Positions 28,025 to 38,559 of a stretch of DNA of 64,000 nucleotides are shown in pieces. Numbering within the stretch: the stretch's first letter is position 1; each line of letters begins with the position of its first letter. The position numbers were made by a program, and so were the translations under genes. This DNA is from Candidatus Zhuqueibacterota bacterium (GTDB lineage: Bacteria > Zhuqueibacterota > Zhuqueibacteria > Thermofontimicrobiales > Thermofontimicrobiaceae): positions 39,971-103,970 of the forward strand of contig JBMOPW010000016.1 of NCBI GenBank assembly GCA_049322915.1, read 5' to 3'. The notes beneath the pieces were generated by a model that was not told the origin of the DNA, made no database searches, and saw nothing but the letters and a program-made list of their open reading frames with translations.

Positions 28025-28870
28025 TTATCTGGTTGTTTTCAAATAGTCATAAAATGCAGCTTGCAGCTTCTTCGTGATCGGCCCCGGCTGGCCGTCGCCA
28101 ACAGTCCAATCATCCACTCGCACCACCGGCGTAATTTCCACCGTAGTGCCGGCAATGAATAATTCGTCAGCGCGTTTCAACCGGGTTTCCAGTATGGGAA
28201 ATTTTTTCACCGGGATGTTTAAAATCATCGCCAGGTCCAATACAATCTGCCTCGTAATGCCGGCCAGCAACAGGTTTGATTCCGGCCCTGTCCACAACTG
28301 GCCATCCAATACGGCGAAAAAATTGGAATGCGAACCTTCGGTCACAGCGCCATCGCGGATGAAAATAGCCTCCGGCGCGCCATTGTCCCGAGCATGTTGA
28401 TGCGCCAGAATATTGGGCAACAATGAAATCGATTTGATGTCGCAGCGAGTCCATCGCGTATCGGACACGAGCACGATTTTGATCCCGGCATCCAATTCGT
28501 CCTGATGCGGGTGGAAGACCGAGGCCGAAGCGAACACCGTCGCCGGTACCGGGGTCACCGGAAACCGATGGGTTCGCGGCGCAACGCCGCGGGTCACCTG
28601 AAAATAGACAGTGGCCTGTCCCTGTTGCAGCCCGTTTTTTTGAATCAACGCTTCAGCGACGCCAGTCAGCGCGTTTACGCCGGGAAAGTCGATGCGCAGC
28701 TCGCGCAAACTTCGGGCAAGTCGTTGAAGGTGAGCGCCTGCCTTGAATAATTTACCATCGTAGCTGCGAATGACTTCGTAGGCTCCATCGGCAAAGAGAA
28801 ATCCCCGATCGTCCGGAGAAATAGTCACCTCTTCTTTGGGAAGAAATGCACCGTTCAGGTATGCAATCAT
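28025..28870 (-). CDS. dat: D-amino-acid aminotransferase (PLP fold IV)
   Basis: DRGFLFADGAYEV, YFQVTRGVAPRTH, RWTRCDIKSISLL, EGSHSN, LAGITR. Start at ATG 28870 (MIAYLNG). Confidence 0.88.
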   Translation of the reverse strand: MIAYLNGAFLPKEEVTISPDDRGFLFADGAYEVIRSYDGKLFKAGAHLQRLARSLRELRIDFPGVNALTGVAEALIQKNGLQQGQATVYFQVTRGVAPRTHRFPVTPVPATVFASASVFHPHQDELDAGIKIVLVSDTRWTRCDIKSISLLPNILAHQHARDNGAPEAIFIRDGAVTEGSHSNFFAVLDGQLWTGPESNLLLAGITRQIVLDLAMILNIPVKKFPILETRLKRADELFIAGTTVEITPVVRVDDWTVGDGQPGPITKKLQAAFYDYLKTTR

Positions 28871-29006
28871 TTTGTTCCTGTCCAGGGAAAAAGTGTGAAT
28901 GATGGGTGTATTGAAAAGAATAATTAGAATGTTCAAATTCCGGCTGAAGCGATCGCATCGCCGTCAACCGCAGTCTCTTCGTTTGCATCGTGCCGGGACG
29001 TGGAAT

Positions 29007-29879
29007 TCAATTTTGTTCGATCGTTTCCATTGACAGGGATACCGGCGCGAGGGTCTCTGTTCCGGGAACCGCGCTTTCTTCCGGCTGAATGCGGTTCGCC
29101 TTGAGAACCGGTTTCAGGTTGTCCGGCGTGGCGTATTTGCGAATGGCGAATTGCCAGGATGTCCTAATGGCGATTTTCTTGAGCAATGATTGGACAATGT
29201 AGGGCATCTTTTCTAACAGCCACATGGTCTCGCGCGTAAATTCCCGGAGGTTGAGCGGCCGAGTGACAACCTCCACCTTCCCCTGTTTGATGGCATGAAT
29301 GATCGCCGGGATGGATTTTTCTTCAGCATACACGTACGAATACGTTGTGCCGAATTGATATTCCTTGTGCGCATCGGAATTGCCAATCATGGGCAGATTG
29401 AATTTTTCAGCAATGCGCATGGCTTTCCGATTCGGATTCAGCCACTTCATGTAGTAATGGCAAAATTCCACGCCATCGAAACACTCGATATGATCTGTCA
29501 AATCCCGGCCGAGGCATTCCGAAACAAGATAATTGGGATGCGGCGCAATGACCAGAACATCGTCGGTCTTGTACTTCAACAAATCTTCGTACGAAAGTAT
29601 ATATTTTTTCGAAGAGAAATTTATCAATAACACATGCTTTCGCTGGATGAACGTTTCCACGCCCGGGATAATCAGAAGACCTTTCCTGCGCGCATATTCC
29701 ACCAGCGCTTTGTCGATAAATTGAACGCCATGATGCGTAATGGAAATCGCATCGTATTTCTGTTCCACTGCCATGTCGATGAGTCGGGTCGGGGAAATCA
29801 GATTTTTCCTTCCTGATACAATTTCTGCCAGATCCCGATTTGTGTGCAGATGCAGATCAACCTTCAGCTTCATCACCAT
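29007..29879 (-). CDS. PHP-domain phosphoesterase
   Basis: DLHLHT, ITHH, PGVE, APHP, GNSDAH. Confidence 0.88.
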   Translation of the reverse strand: MVMKLKVDLHLHTNRDLAEIVSGRKNLISPTRLIDMAVEQKYDAISITHHGVQFIDKALVEYARRKGLLIIPGVETFIQRKHVLLINFSSKKYILSYEDLLKYKTDDVLVIAPHPNYLVSECLGRDLTDHIECFDGVEFCHYYMKWLNPNRKAMRIAEKFNLPMIGNSDAHKEYQFGTTYSYVYAEEKSIPAIIHAIKQGKVEVVTRPLNLREFTRETMWLLEKMPYIVQSLLKKIAIRTSWQFAIRKYATPDNLKPVLKANRIQPEESAVPGTETLAPVSLSMETIEQN

Positions 29880-29979
29880 AATCACTCCAGATTCGGAAAC
29901 CACTCATCATTCCGACCATGCAGACGCGTATGCACCATGTTCGCAGTTCGAGTTACACAAATGAGGTAGAGTCATGTCC

Positions 29980-31866
29980 TTATTTTTTTTGTGGCTTCAA
30001 TGGATACACCGTGTCCATCAAATTCTGCCACTGATGTGAATTATTCAGCGGCGTTACAAAGGGCGCCGCCTGTCGCTTATAATAGTGCTGCTTCAAAACC
30101 AGCATTCCGCTGTCGGTGGTTTGAAGCGAGTCCAGAACCGATTGATTGACTTCGATATGGTATTTATCGGCTAAATGTAACAAAAAATTATCAATGGTCC
30201 GGATGCGCTTATCATGCAGCGCATCGGTCTGGACGTCAGCCTGAACCTGAGCCAGTGACAGCGGCCCTGCGTCGCGTTTGTCCAATACTTTGAACACGGA
30301 ATACTCGCCGGTCTCTGTCGCCACCGGCCGACTGATGTCCCCAATTTTCAGAGCTTTCGCCGCCTCGCCGATTTTACCAAGCGCTGATGCCGCGAAGTAG
30401 CCGGAAATCCCATCCTTCTTCTTGCTCAATTCCCGCGTGTTATAGACGCGGGCGAGCGCTGCAATGTCCTCACCGGCCTGAATGCGCTGATAGATTTCGT
30501 CAGCTAATTTCTTATTATCGACCAGAATCTCCTGGATGTTCACCATGGCCGGACCTGTGTAATTATTTTGATGGCTGTGGTAAAATGCCTGCACTTCTGC
30601 GTCGGTGACAGTGATCGTATCGATGATAGACTGCCGCAAGTCCATGGCCAGGTACGAATCGGCCCACATTTTTGTCTGATACTGGACGTAATAGGTTTCA
30701 TCCAGTCCAAGCTCTTTTCCTTTTTGCGCCAGCGACTCAAACTCCACCATGCTTTTCATGGCGCGGCTGAGGCTGTTTCGGAATGCGTTTTTCGATTTGT
30801 AGCTGATTTTGTACGGCCCAATGCTCAGCTTTGTGATGAAATCCTGAACCGTCCACTCAGAGCCATCTTCGAACCGGGCGAATGGTTCGTTGATGATGTC
30901 GCTCAACTCGCGCCTTTGCAAAGCCTCCAGAGTGAACTCGCGGAAAATCTGTGTTGAATCATCAGCTGTGCGGTTGCTGCCGATGGGGTACACTTTTTCC
31001 AGCTCGCTCGCAACCAGATCGAACATCTGATGAGAGACTTTCACTTCCTTGTCCTTCATCAATGTCTTCATGTAATTGTAGAATTTCTGGGTTCGCTTCC
31101 GCTGTCGGATCGTTTTCTGAATGGACGGTGCCTGGTTCTGATAATCCGCTTCAGACAAAAAAACGTTGCTCTTTTTATCGATGAGCTTCAAAATGAAATA
31201 CGAGCCATCTGCGTAGATGGGCTGGGAGACCTGGTTCATGCCGAGAGTGTACGCTGCATCTTCCAATGACGGATGGGCCTGTCCCCATTTCATGGGCAGC
31301 GTGAGTACCGAATCGGCTGAGATGAACGTCTCGGTCTGAAATTCCCGCTTGACCGCATTGAGACTCTTGCCAGTCTCGATTTGCTCTCTGGCTTGCTGGG
31401 CCGCCTGCAAGCTGTCGAATGTCAGCACTTGCAGCGTAAGTTCCGATTGAGATCGAATGTATCCCTGTTTTATTTCCTGCTCGGTAATTTCAATGGTCGA
31501 GCTGATTTCGTGATCGAACAGGGCTTCGACCATCGCTTCCTTTTGCATCTGATCCACATACAGGTTGTATTTCGCCTTGTCATCCAGGTTTCGATGATAG
31601 GCCTCTTCGGCCAAAAGCTTTTCGCCGAGCATGGAAGCGACGGCATTTCGGCGGTTTTGAAATTTATCCTTTGTCTGCATGATATGAGGCGTAAACTGAT
31701 AGCGATCCCGAAACTCGGATAGCGGAATGGTCGTTTTACCAGCCCTGGCGACAATGGGCTCCGGGCTCTCTTTTGCACATGTGACAAAGAACATCAATAG
31801 CGCACTGTGAGCAATTATAGCAGCAATCGGGGACAGATACGTATTTTTAAATTTGATTATTTTCAT
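29980..31866 (-). CDS. PpiC/SurA-type peptidyl-prolyl isomerase chaperone (lipoprotein)
   Basis: FVTC lipobox-like; two rotamase-like domains (QVSQPI; IQEILV...ALARVYN...GDISRPV). Confidence 0.8.
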   Translation of the reverse strand: MKIIKFKNTYLSPIAAIIAHSALLMFFVTCAKESPEPIVARAGKTTIPLSEFRDRYQFTPHIMQTKDKFQNRRNAVASMLGEKLLAEEAYHRNLDDKAKYNLYVDQMQKEAMVEALFDHEISSTIEITEQEIKQGYIRSQSELTLQVLTFDSLQAAQQAREQIETGKSLNAVKREFQTETFISADSVLTLPMKWGQAHPSLEDAAYTLGMNQVSQPIYADGSYFILKLIDKKSNVFLSEADYQNQAPSIQKTIRQRKRTQKFYNYMKTLMKDKEVKVSHQMFDLVASELEKVYPIGSNRTADDSTQIFREFTLEALQRRELSDIINEPFARFEDGSEWTVQDFITKLSIGPYKISYKSKNAFRNSLSRAMKSMVEFESLAQKGKELGLDETYYVQYQTKMWADSYLAMDLRQSIIDTITVTDAEVQAFYHSHQNNYTGPAMVNIQEILVDNKKLADEIYQRIQAGEDIAALARVYNTRELSKKKDGISGYFAASALGKIGEAAKALKIGDISRPVATETGEYSVFKVLDKRDAGPLSLAQVQADVQTDALHDKRIRTIDNFLLHLADKYHIEVNQSVLDSLQTTDSGMLVLKQHYYKRQAAPFVTPLNNSHQWQNLMDTVYPLKPQKK

Positions 31867-32164
31867 GGCGTATTTTTATGCTTTGGTCATTTCAAAACGT
31901 GATTGAAGAACGATACCTGAGACAGGTGACTGCAGGAGAGCAACGCCAGGCTGGCATTCACTTTCATCTCAAAAAGAATCGTGCTTCCAATCGGTCATTT
32001 GTAAATTATGGGCGCATGACTATCCCGGAAACGGCAGTGGGTCGCTCACCCAAAGTAGCTGCGTCGATGGGTGAGTTCTCCCCTGTCTTTTCGCAGGCAG
32101 CATTCGGCTGCGGACGGTTCTGGCTGTCGCGATGCCTGCGGACAAGACACGCGCTGTCAGGCGA

Positions 32165-33631
32165 TCAATGAGCCAGGTATTTCTCCGCCTCTTCCACGTC
32201 GTTGAAATGGATGGTCTTATCTTTGAGTGTCTGCGTGGTTTCATGGCCTTTGCCGAGAAGCATGATGATATCGCCTTCCCCGGCATTTTTAATGGCGTAT
32301 TCAATGGCCTTGCCGCGATCGATTATCTTTGTGCAGCGCGTTCCGCTGACGCCTTTTTCGATCTCGCTGATTATGGTCTCCGGGTTTTCATTGCGGGGAT
32401 TATCCGCTGTGAGGACAACCTCATTACTATAACGCGCAGCGATCTCTCCCATGATGGGTCGTTTTTCTTTGTCGCGATCACCGCCGCAGCCAAACACCGT
32501 GACCACCCTGTTCGGATTCAATTTTTTCGTGAGGCTGAGTACCTTTTCCATGCCGTCCGGGGTGTGGGCATAATCGACGACCACCGAGAACGGCTGGCCT
32601 TTATCCACGAGCTGAAATCTTCCCGAGACAATGATTTTTGCTTCCAGGCCTTTTTTAATCGTTTCCAGATCAATACCCTGAGAATAGGCGACAGCCACGG
32701 CTGCAAGCGAATTGTACACGTTGAACATGCCGACCAGTTGCTGTTGAATTTGAATTTCGCCGCGGGGAGTGACGAGACGGTAGCCTGTCCCTTTGATGCT
32801 GAGCTTGATTTCCTTCGCCATAATATCGGCCTGATTTTCCACGCCAAACGAGATTTTCTCCGCCCGGCTCACATTGAGGAAATCGCGACCGTGCGGATCA
32901 TCGGTATTGGCGATGGCATGATCTTCCGGACGCAGCCACTGGAATAACTTCATCTTCGTCTTCATGTAGGCGTCCATGGTTTTATGGTAGTCCAGATGAT
33001 CCTGGGTGAGATTGGTGAATACCGCCACATTGTAGTTCACGCCCTGAACGCGGAAAAAATCGATGCCGTGGGACGAAACTTCCATGGCGCAGTAATCGAC
33101 TTTTTGATCCACCATGCGCGTGAAAATCTCCTGCAAATCCGGCGGCTCAGGCGTGGTGTCCTTCGATTTATTGATCTGACCATTGATTTTATAATACAGG
33201 GTGCCGATGAGGCCGGTGCGATTGTTTTGAATCAGAATACTATCGATGATGTGCGTGGTTGTGGTTTTACCATTGGTGCCGGTCACGCCGATCATCTTCA
33301 TCTTTTTCGAAGGAAAGTTATAGAATTTATTGGCCAGCAGCGCCAGTGCGTAGCGCGAATCCGGCACCACAATTTTAACCACGCTGCCGGGCACATTCAT
33401 GTCCTTTTGCAGGACAATCACCGATGCGCCTTTGGCGATGGCATCGTGCACACGATCGTGGCCATCCGGAATTTCGATTTTGTTCAACTGCGTATAAATG
33501 TTGATCGCCACATACATGAAATCTTTCTCAACGCGCAGCGGATCGTAGACGATCCCCTTTACATTCACTCCATCAATTTTTCCCTGGATTTTCTTGTCGT
33601 TTAATTCTTCCAAAAGTGTCGCTAGTAGCAT
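32165..33631 (-). CDS. murE: UDP-MurNAc-L-Ala-D-Glu:meso-DAP ligase
   Basis: GVTGTNGKTT, TTPE, MEVSSH, FTNLTQDHLDYH, DYAHTPDG, FGCGGDRD, DNPR (DAP specificity), LGKGHE. Confidence 0.92.
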   Translation of the reverse strand: MLLATLLEELNDKKIQGKIDGVNVKGIVYDPLRVEKDFMYVAINIYTQLNKIEIPDGHDRVHDAIAKGASVIVLQKDMNVPGSVVKIVVPDSRYALALLANKFYNFPSKKMKMIGVTGTNGKTTTTHIIDSILIQNNRTGLIGTLYYKINGQINKSKDTTPEPPDLQEIFTRMVDQKVDYCAMEVSSHGIDFFRVQGVNYNVAVFTNLTQDHLDYHKTMDAYMKTKMKLFQWLRPEDHAIANTDDPHGRDFLNVSRAEKISFGVENQADIMAKEIKLSIKGTGYRLVTPRGEIQIQQQLVGMFNVYNSLAAVAVAYSQGIDLETIKKGLEAKIIVSGRFQLVDKGQPFSVVVDYAHTPDGMEKVLSLTKKLNPNRVVTVFGCGGDRDKEKRPIMGEIAARYSNEVVLTADNPRNENPETIISEIEKGVSGTRCTKIIDRGKAIEYAIKNAGEGDIIMLLGKGHETTQTLKDKTIHFNDVEEAEKYLAH

Positions 33632-33673
33632 ATCTTCCTCTCTGTTAAAACTCGTTCTCGAAATGTTATTGAA

Positions 33674-34105
33674 TTATCGGTAGCTCAAAATGCATTTTTC
33701 AGCATATCGGTCGATATGTTCGAGCAGATCATCGGCGCGGCAATCGATGCGCACGATGAACGCCTCCAGCAGTGTCCGCGCGAATTTCCATGCCTCAGTC
33801 TCGAACTGCATTTTCCGTTCGCCTTTGTCCAGATGGATCAACTGCCAGAATTGCCCGGTGGAATCGCTGGCTGCGTGGTGTTGCCATTGCATCAGGTGAC
33901 CGGCTTCGTGGAACAGCAGAAACAGCGCGCCGGAGCAATCCCTGTTTTGAGCATTGTAAAACAGCGTGATGGTTGACGCATCGTTATTTGGCGGGAAGAA
34001 ATACGCCACCTCATCCTGAATGGGAATGAGCTGAACCGTCGCCTGCGGAAATTTCTCCCAGCAAAGAAATGCTTTTGCCTCAAACAAAATCGCCTGACCC
34101 ACCAT
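33674..34105 (-). CDS. Small HExxH metallopeptidase-like protein (ImmA/IrrE-like)
   Basis: LLFHEAGH and downstream ETEAW. Start at ATG 34105 because a promoter overlaps the ORF-track start at 34150. Confidence 0.6.
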   Translation of the reverse strand: MVGQAILFEAKAFLCWEKFPQATVQLIPIQDEVAYFFPPNNDASTITLFYNAQNRDCSGALFLLFHEAGHLMQWQHHAASDSTGQFWQLIHLDKGERKMQFETEAWKFARTLLEAFIVRIDCRADDLLEHIDRYAEKCILSYR

Positions 34106-34139
34106 GACGAACCTGCTTTGATGTGAAAAATGAGCCGTC

Positions 34140-34168
34140 AATTTAAACATTAAAAAATATTAAATCAA
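34140..34168 (-). promoter_or_regulatory. sigma70-type promoter for the HExxH-murE unit
   Basis: TTGATT-N17-TAAATT on the minus strand. Confidence 0.5.
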
Positions 34169-34197
34169 GCATTTTATGAGAGTGAAGTAAGTATTTC

Positions 34198-34226
34198 TTG
34201 ACTATTTGCCCGATGGATTTTATATT
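34198..34226 (+). promoter_or_regulatory. sigma70-type promoter of mutM
   Basis: TTGACT-N17-TATATT. Confidence 0.7.
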
Positions 34227-34260
34227 TACTGACTAATGACAAAGCGAAAGGGTCGGGTTT

Positions 34261-35091
34261 ATGCCGGAACTACCTGAAGTGGAAACCATTGTCAGGCAAT
34301 TGCGGGACAAAATTGTCGGGCAGAAAATTGAGCGCGTGGACATTCTCCGTGCCAGCCAGTGGAAGCAGAACGATCCGGCAGCGATGCAGCGGACATTGCC
34401 GGGCGAAAAAATTGCCGCCATCGATCGGCGGGCGAAATTCATTTCAATCGAATTTGGGAGTGGCAATCAGTTGGTCCTGCATCTGCGCATGACCGGCAAG
34501 CTCATCTGGTCGCCGGGCAAGGCGCTGGTGGATAAGTTCACCCGGACGATCATCTGTTTTGAAAGCGGCGCCAGCATGCAATTCAACGACACGCGCGCGC
34601 TGGGCACGCTGGCATTTTATCCTGTGAATGAACGGGATCAGTGGCAATGCCATCTGGGAATTGAGCCGCTTTCGGACGACTGGCAGGTCCAGCGGCTGCA
34701 CGAAATGTGCAGCCAGACTGCCCTGCAGATGAAGGACTTTTTATTGGATCAAACCCGGATTGCCGGCATCGGGAATATTTATGCCAATGAAATTTTATTC
34801 CGGGCAAAAATTCATCCGGAGCGGCGCGCCAATACCCTGTCCGACCGCGAAATTGCCGCCCTGTTTCGAATCATCCCGCAGGTGTTGCAACTGGCCGTTG
34901 CCAAAATGGGCACCTCACTCGGAGATGGCGTATTTAATTACCGATCCGTATACAACATCGAAGGGGAATTTCAGAACATCCTGGCCGTGTACGACCGCGA
35001 AGGCGAGCCATGCCCTGTGTGCCAATCGCCGGTTCGACGGATCAGGCAGAAGGGGCGGAGCAGTTATTTTTGCGAGCGGTGCCAGTCCTGA
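34261..35091 (+). CDS. mutM: Formamidopyrimidine-DNA glycosylase
   Basis: MPELPEVE, HLRMTG, LLDQ..IAGIGNIYANE, C-terminal zinc finger CPVC...CERCQ. Confidence 0.97.
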   Translation: MPELPEVETIVRQLRDKIVGQKIERVDILRASQWKQNDPAAMQRTLPGEKIAAIDRRAKFISIEFGSGNQLVLHLRMTGKLIWSPGKALVDKFTRTIICFESGASMQFNDTRALGTLAFYPVNERDQWQCHLGIEPLSDDWQVQRLHEMCSQTALQMKDFLLDQTRIAGIGNIYANEILFRAKIHPERRANTLSDREIAALFRIIPQVLQLAVAKMGTSLGDGVFNYRSVYNIEGEFQNILAVYDREGEPCPVCQSPVRRIRQKGRSSYFCERCQS

Positions 35092-35159
35092 ATCGCCGCT
35101 CTTTCAAATTCACCCGATCGTAAATTTCACATCATTCAAAATGACCACAGGAGAGACGA

Positions 35160-37193
35160 ATGAACCAAAAAGCCGACGGCGCGCATCCGACCACAACCAT
35201 GATGTGGGCCATCACCGATCAAGTCATTGAAAATGAAACGGTGCTGGATCAGCAATTTTTTGATCTGTTGCGCGCCGGCTTCGGGGGCGTCGCCGCATTC
35301 ATCCGATGCAGCCGTTACACATGGGATCAGCCCGTGGCGCAGCAGGCGTTGGCCCGGATTCGTTCGCTTTGCCAGGAGAACGGCATCTGTTTTTGGGCTG
35401 TGCCGGATCCCCGGTTTTTAGCCCGGCTGTTGATGGAAAAATTCGGTGGGCTACCTGTGCTGCTTTACGGCGATCAGGTCCTGGCGAAGCAGGTGCCGAA
35501 TGTTGCTCCGGTTCAGCAAAATCGATTCAACATCCGCTGCTACATTCCGCCGCGCCACTGTCACATGGTGAATGAGGTGGCCATTGATTTCACGCCGGCC
35601 GGCATTGAAAAAATCTACGCCGTGCGAAAGGGACGCGCTGCATTCGGTGCTGCGGATGTGCTGGACGCGACCCCGGCAGCGACATTTTTTTATCACGCCA
35701 AAGAAAAGTACGTGGAGGCATTCGGCCAGTTCGAACCGCCGGAGGGTGACTGGCAAATCATCGCCTTCTTCAAATTCATCGCCCGCCATGTGGATTATTC
35801 CAATCCTTCCCACATGGAATATTATATCGAGCGATTGATGCATTTTGCCCGCGTCGTGGGGCCTGCGGATTTGCTCATGTGGGACGAACCGGGCTATACC
35901 TGCGTCTACGGCGCGCTGCCATTTTCAGACGCGATTCAGGCGAAATGTGGCGAGATGACTGGGCAGGCCTTGTCGGACAACCTGTGGAAAATTGCCCTGG
36001 ACTGCGAAGACCAAAGCCACATTCCGCTGCGCACCGCCTATTTCAAGATTGTCCAGGACACGGTGGTGGCTGCGCAGAAAAAATCCTGGGAGGCTGTCAG
36101 CGAGGTGTGGCATCAACCGTCGTGCGGCGTGCATGATACCTGGCATTGGGAATACGGGGACATGTGCGATATGAATCACGGCAGCCTCGATCTGTGGCAG
36201 GGACTGGAATCCAAGGATGGCGGGTTTGTGGATGTCGGCAATATCAATTTGTTGAAGGAGAAGGACTCGTTTCATTACGCCAATGTGGCGGCTGTGTGCG
36301 CGATCAATAAGTCATTGGGTCGATTCAGTCAGGGCAAATTTGCTTACAACAATCTCTGGACAGCAGGCAAGGACGCTGACTGGCAGGTTGGCGTGATGGA
36401 TTATTGCGTGAATCTCATGGCGTTGTTGGGGCTGAATTGGTTCGCGCACATCTACGGACCGGTGGGCACCATCGGAGAGGAGGGTTCATTTTTAGGCGAT
36501 AATCCCATGCCGGGTTACCCGCATCACAGCACCTGGCAATGGTTCCCGGAATGGACGCAGCGTTTGCGGCAGCACGCTGAGGCGGTCGGGCATCGCCTGC
36601 CGATGGCCAATGTGTTGCTGGTTTTTCCGGTGGAGAGCATGCAGGCGCTGGCGAACAATCGCGCGGACGCCCTTGCCCGGGATATTTTCAACCTGATTTT
36701 GAATTTGATGGACGAACACTATCACGTCGATATTGTCTCGCCGACGGTATTTGCGGCTGGCGGGTGGGACAAAGACAGGTTTTCGGTTCATGGCTACGAT
36801 TACGAGGTGGTGCTCCTGCCGCATGCATCGGTTGTTCCTGAGCCGGTTGCGGCCATTTTGAAACACGGCGCGGATCGAACCCTGTACATTTTTTCCAGGC
36901 CGACGTGGACGAACCGCGGCGTTGCTGTCTCGCTGCCGGTGCAGCATTGGGCGGAAAATCAGCAGCAGGTTCTGGACTGGCTTTGTGGATGGGACGGATT
37001 GCGCCGGGTCACTGCGCCTGAAAATTGCTGGGTCAGTCTGACTCCGTTGGAAAATGGCGTTATGGTCACACTCATGCCGTCGCGGTTCGGCAGCAGCTAT
37101 GCCGGGGAGGTACGCTGCGGCGGTGCGTCGTTGCAGATTTCCGAAACATCCCAATTACAGCGGTTATTCTTCCCTGGCCTTGCGGCGTGGTAA
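35160..37193 (+). CDS. Hypothetical protein, glycoside-hydrolase-like architecture
   Basis: 677-aa ORF with GGAGAG RBS; LMWDEPGY acid motif; C-terminal YEVVLLP GATase-like segment as in GH42/GH106. No clear signal peptide. Confidence 0.55.
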   Translation: MNQKADGAHPTTTMMWAITDQVIENETVLDQQFFDLLRAGFGGVAAFIRCSRYTWDQPVAQQALARIRSLCQENGICFWAVPDPRFLARLLMEKFGGLPVLLYGDQVLAKQVPNVAPVQQNRFNIRCYIPPRHCHMVNEVAIDFTPAGIEKIYAVRKGRAAFGAADVLDATPAATFFYHAKEKYVEAFGQFEPPEGDWQIIAFFKFIARHVDYSNPSHMEYYIERLMHFARVVGPADLLMWDEPGYTCVYGALPFSDAIQAKCGEMTGQALSDNLWKIALDCEDQSHIPLRTAYFKIVQDTVVAAQKKSWEAVSEVWHQPSCGVHDTWHWEYGDMCDMNHGSLDLWQGLESKDGGFVDVGNINLLKEKDSFHYANVAAVCAINKSLGRFSQGKFAYNNLWTAGKDADWQVGVMDYCVNLMALLGLNWFAHIYGPVGTIGEEGSFLGDNPMPGYPHHSTWQWFPEWTQRLRQHAEAVGHRLPMANVLLVFPVESMQALANNRADALARDIFNLILNLMDEHYHVDIVSPTVFAAGGWDKDRFSVHGYDYEVVLLPHASVVPEPVAAILKHGADRTLYIFSRPTWTNRGVAVSLPVQHWAENQQQVLDWLCGWDGLRRVTAPENCWVSLTPLENGVMVTLMPSRFGSSYAGEVRCGGASLQISETSQLQRLFFPGLAAW

Positions 37194-37295
37194 CTGTTCC
37201 TGACTTGCGTGCCTGAGAATGCGCACTGTGGTAATTCAATGGTGGCTGAATCCGGGGCAGGCTAAAAAGAGTCTGTCCGAAACTGCTATTATTGA

Positions 37296-37329
37296 CCTCA
37301 CCCCAACCCTCTCCTAAAAGGGGAGGGAG
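37296..37329. repeat. REP-like element CCTCACCCCAACCCTCTCC...GGGGAGGG
   Basis: CCCTCTCC-TAAAA-GGGGAGGG hairpin with CCTCACCCC leader, between convergent genes. Confidence 0.55.
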
Positions 37330-37379
37330 ATGTTTCCCTTCTTCTTCCAGGCGTAGTGCCCGCAGGCTAAGAAGGTTGG

Positions 37380-38444
37380 TCACAAAATGCCGGCTTCGGA
37401 AGCGAGCGGCAGGGAAATGCGGCTCCCACTATCCGATGATTTGTACATGGCCAGCGCCAATTCCAGCGTGTGCCGGGCCGAAGGCGCTGAAATGACCGGC
37501 TCGCGATGTTCCAGGATGGCATCCACCATATCTTCGATGACAATTTTATGGTCGTTGAAATCGAACGCGGCCGGCCCGGTCGCTGCAGTGCCGATGGATT
37601 TATCCCCGATCTTCCGAATCATTTCATCCTCCGGCAGACTGTCTTTGAACTGCCAGGTGTGAATCGTTTCGCCCAGAATAATTGCCACGCCATTGGTTCC
37701 AAAAATTTCAATGCGAATATCCTGTCCCGGCCACAGCGCTGTAGACGCCTGAAGGACGCCCCGGGCGCCGTTGGCAAAATCCAGAAATGAGTGCAGCGTG
37801 TCTTCCAGATCAACATCCGGATGGGCGAGATTCGCCATCCGCGCCTGCACCGCAGCGATGGGCCCGGCAAGGTAGTGCAGCAGATCGATGTAGTGAAACG
37901 CGTGCTGAATAGTCACTCCGGCGCCCGCCTGCCGGAGACTGCGCCAGGCGTCGCTGCGGTAGTACTCGCCGGTTCGGAACCATTTCATGTACGCATCCGC
38001 GTGAAGCAATGCGCCGAACCGGCCGGCGTCGATGGCCTGTTTCACGGCCTGAACCGCCGGGCGAACGCGGCATTGCAGCATCACTCCCAGTTTGACGCCA
38101 ATCCTTTGGCAGATATCGATCATCTCGTCAACATCGCGGAGGGACAGGGCCGGAGGTTTTTCCACGAGTATCGATTTCTTTGCTTCGGCAATTTTAATCA
38201 CTGCGTCTTTGTGCAGATGGTTCGGCGTGGTGACATTGATGACGTTGATGGAGTCATTGTCCAGGAGCGCATCAAGTGAACCAGCCATGCTGCATGAAAA
38301 CTCCTCGCTGAAACGCCGGGCGCGGGCAGAATCGATATCCGCCACCGCAACGAGCCGGCATTTTTCTGAGGACCGGATCGATTTCGCGTGAAACGGCGCC
38401 ACGAGTCCTGCGCCCAATATTCCAAAGCCTAATTGTGCAGCCAT
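37380..38444 (-). CDS. Gfo/Idh/MocA family oxidoreductase
   Basis: GILGAGLV, TTPNHLH, LVEKP, QHAFHYID, DLED. Confidence 0.93.
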   Translation of the reverse strand: MAAQLGFGILGAGLVAPFHAKSIRSSEKCRLVAVADIDSARARRFSEEFSCSMAGSLDALLDNDSINVINVTTPNHLHKDAVIKIAEAKKSILVEKPPALSLRDVDEMIDICQRIGVKLGVMLQCRVRPAVQAVKQAIDAGRFGALLHADAYMKWFRTGEYYRSDAWRSLRQAGAGVTIQHAFHYIDLLHYLAGPIAAVQARMANLAHPDVDLEDTLHSFLDFANGARGVLQASTALWPGQDIRIEIFGTNGVAIILGETIHTWQFKDSLPEDEMIRKIGDKSIGTAATGPAAFDFNDHKIVIEDMVDAILEHREPVISAPSARHTLELALAMYKSSDSGSRISLPLASEAGIL

Positions 38445-38559
38445 GCTGATTTCTCCGCCAAAAAAAATATCCTGCCCAGGCCAATTTTGGAGCGGCAGAA
38501 TTTCAAGTTAGAAAAGGAGGTTTTCCCAAATTTCCATCGAAGTTAATTTTCAAACAAGA

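Noticed and set aside
32132..33604. Long plus-strand ORFs opposite murE (likewise 220-1032, 14860-15720, 19557-20354)
   Set aside because: All lie antisense to well-supported genes and lack protein-like motifs.
37190..37251. GTAACTGTTC...GTGGCTGAA, possible further GTAAC MITE overlapping the 37193 stop codon
   Set aside because: No GTTAC right end and no target duplication; at most a decayed remnant.
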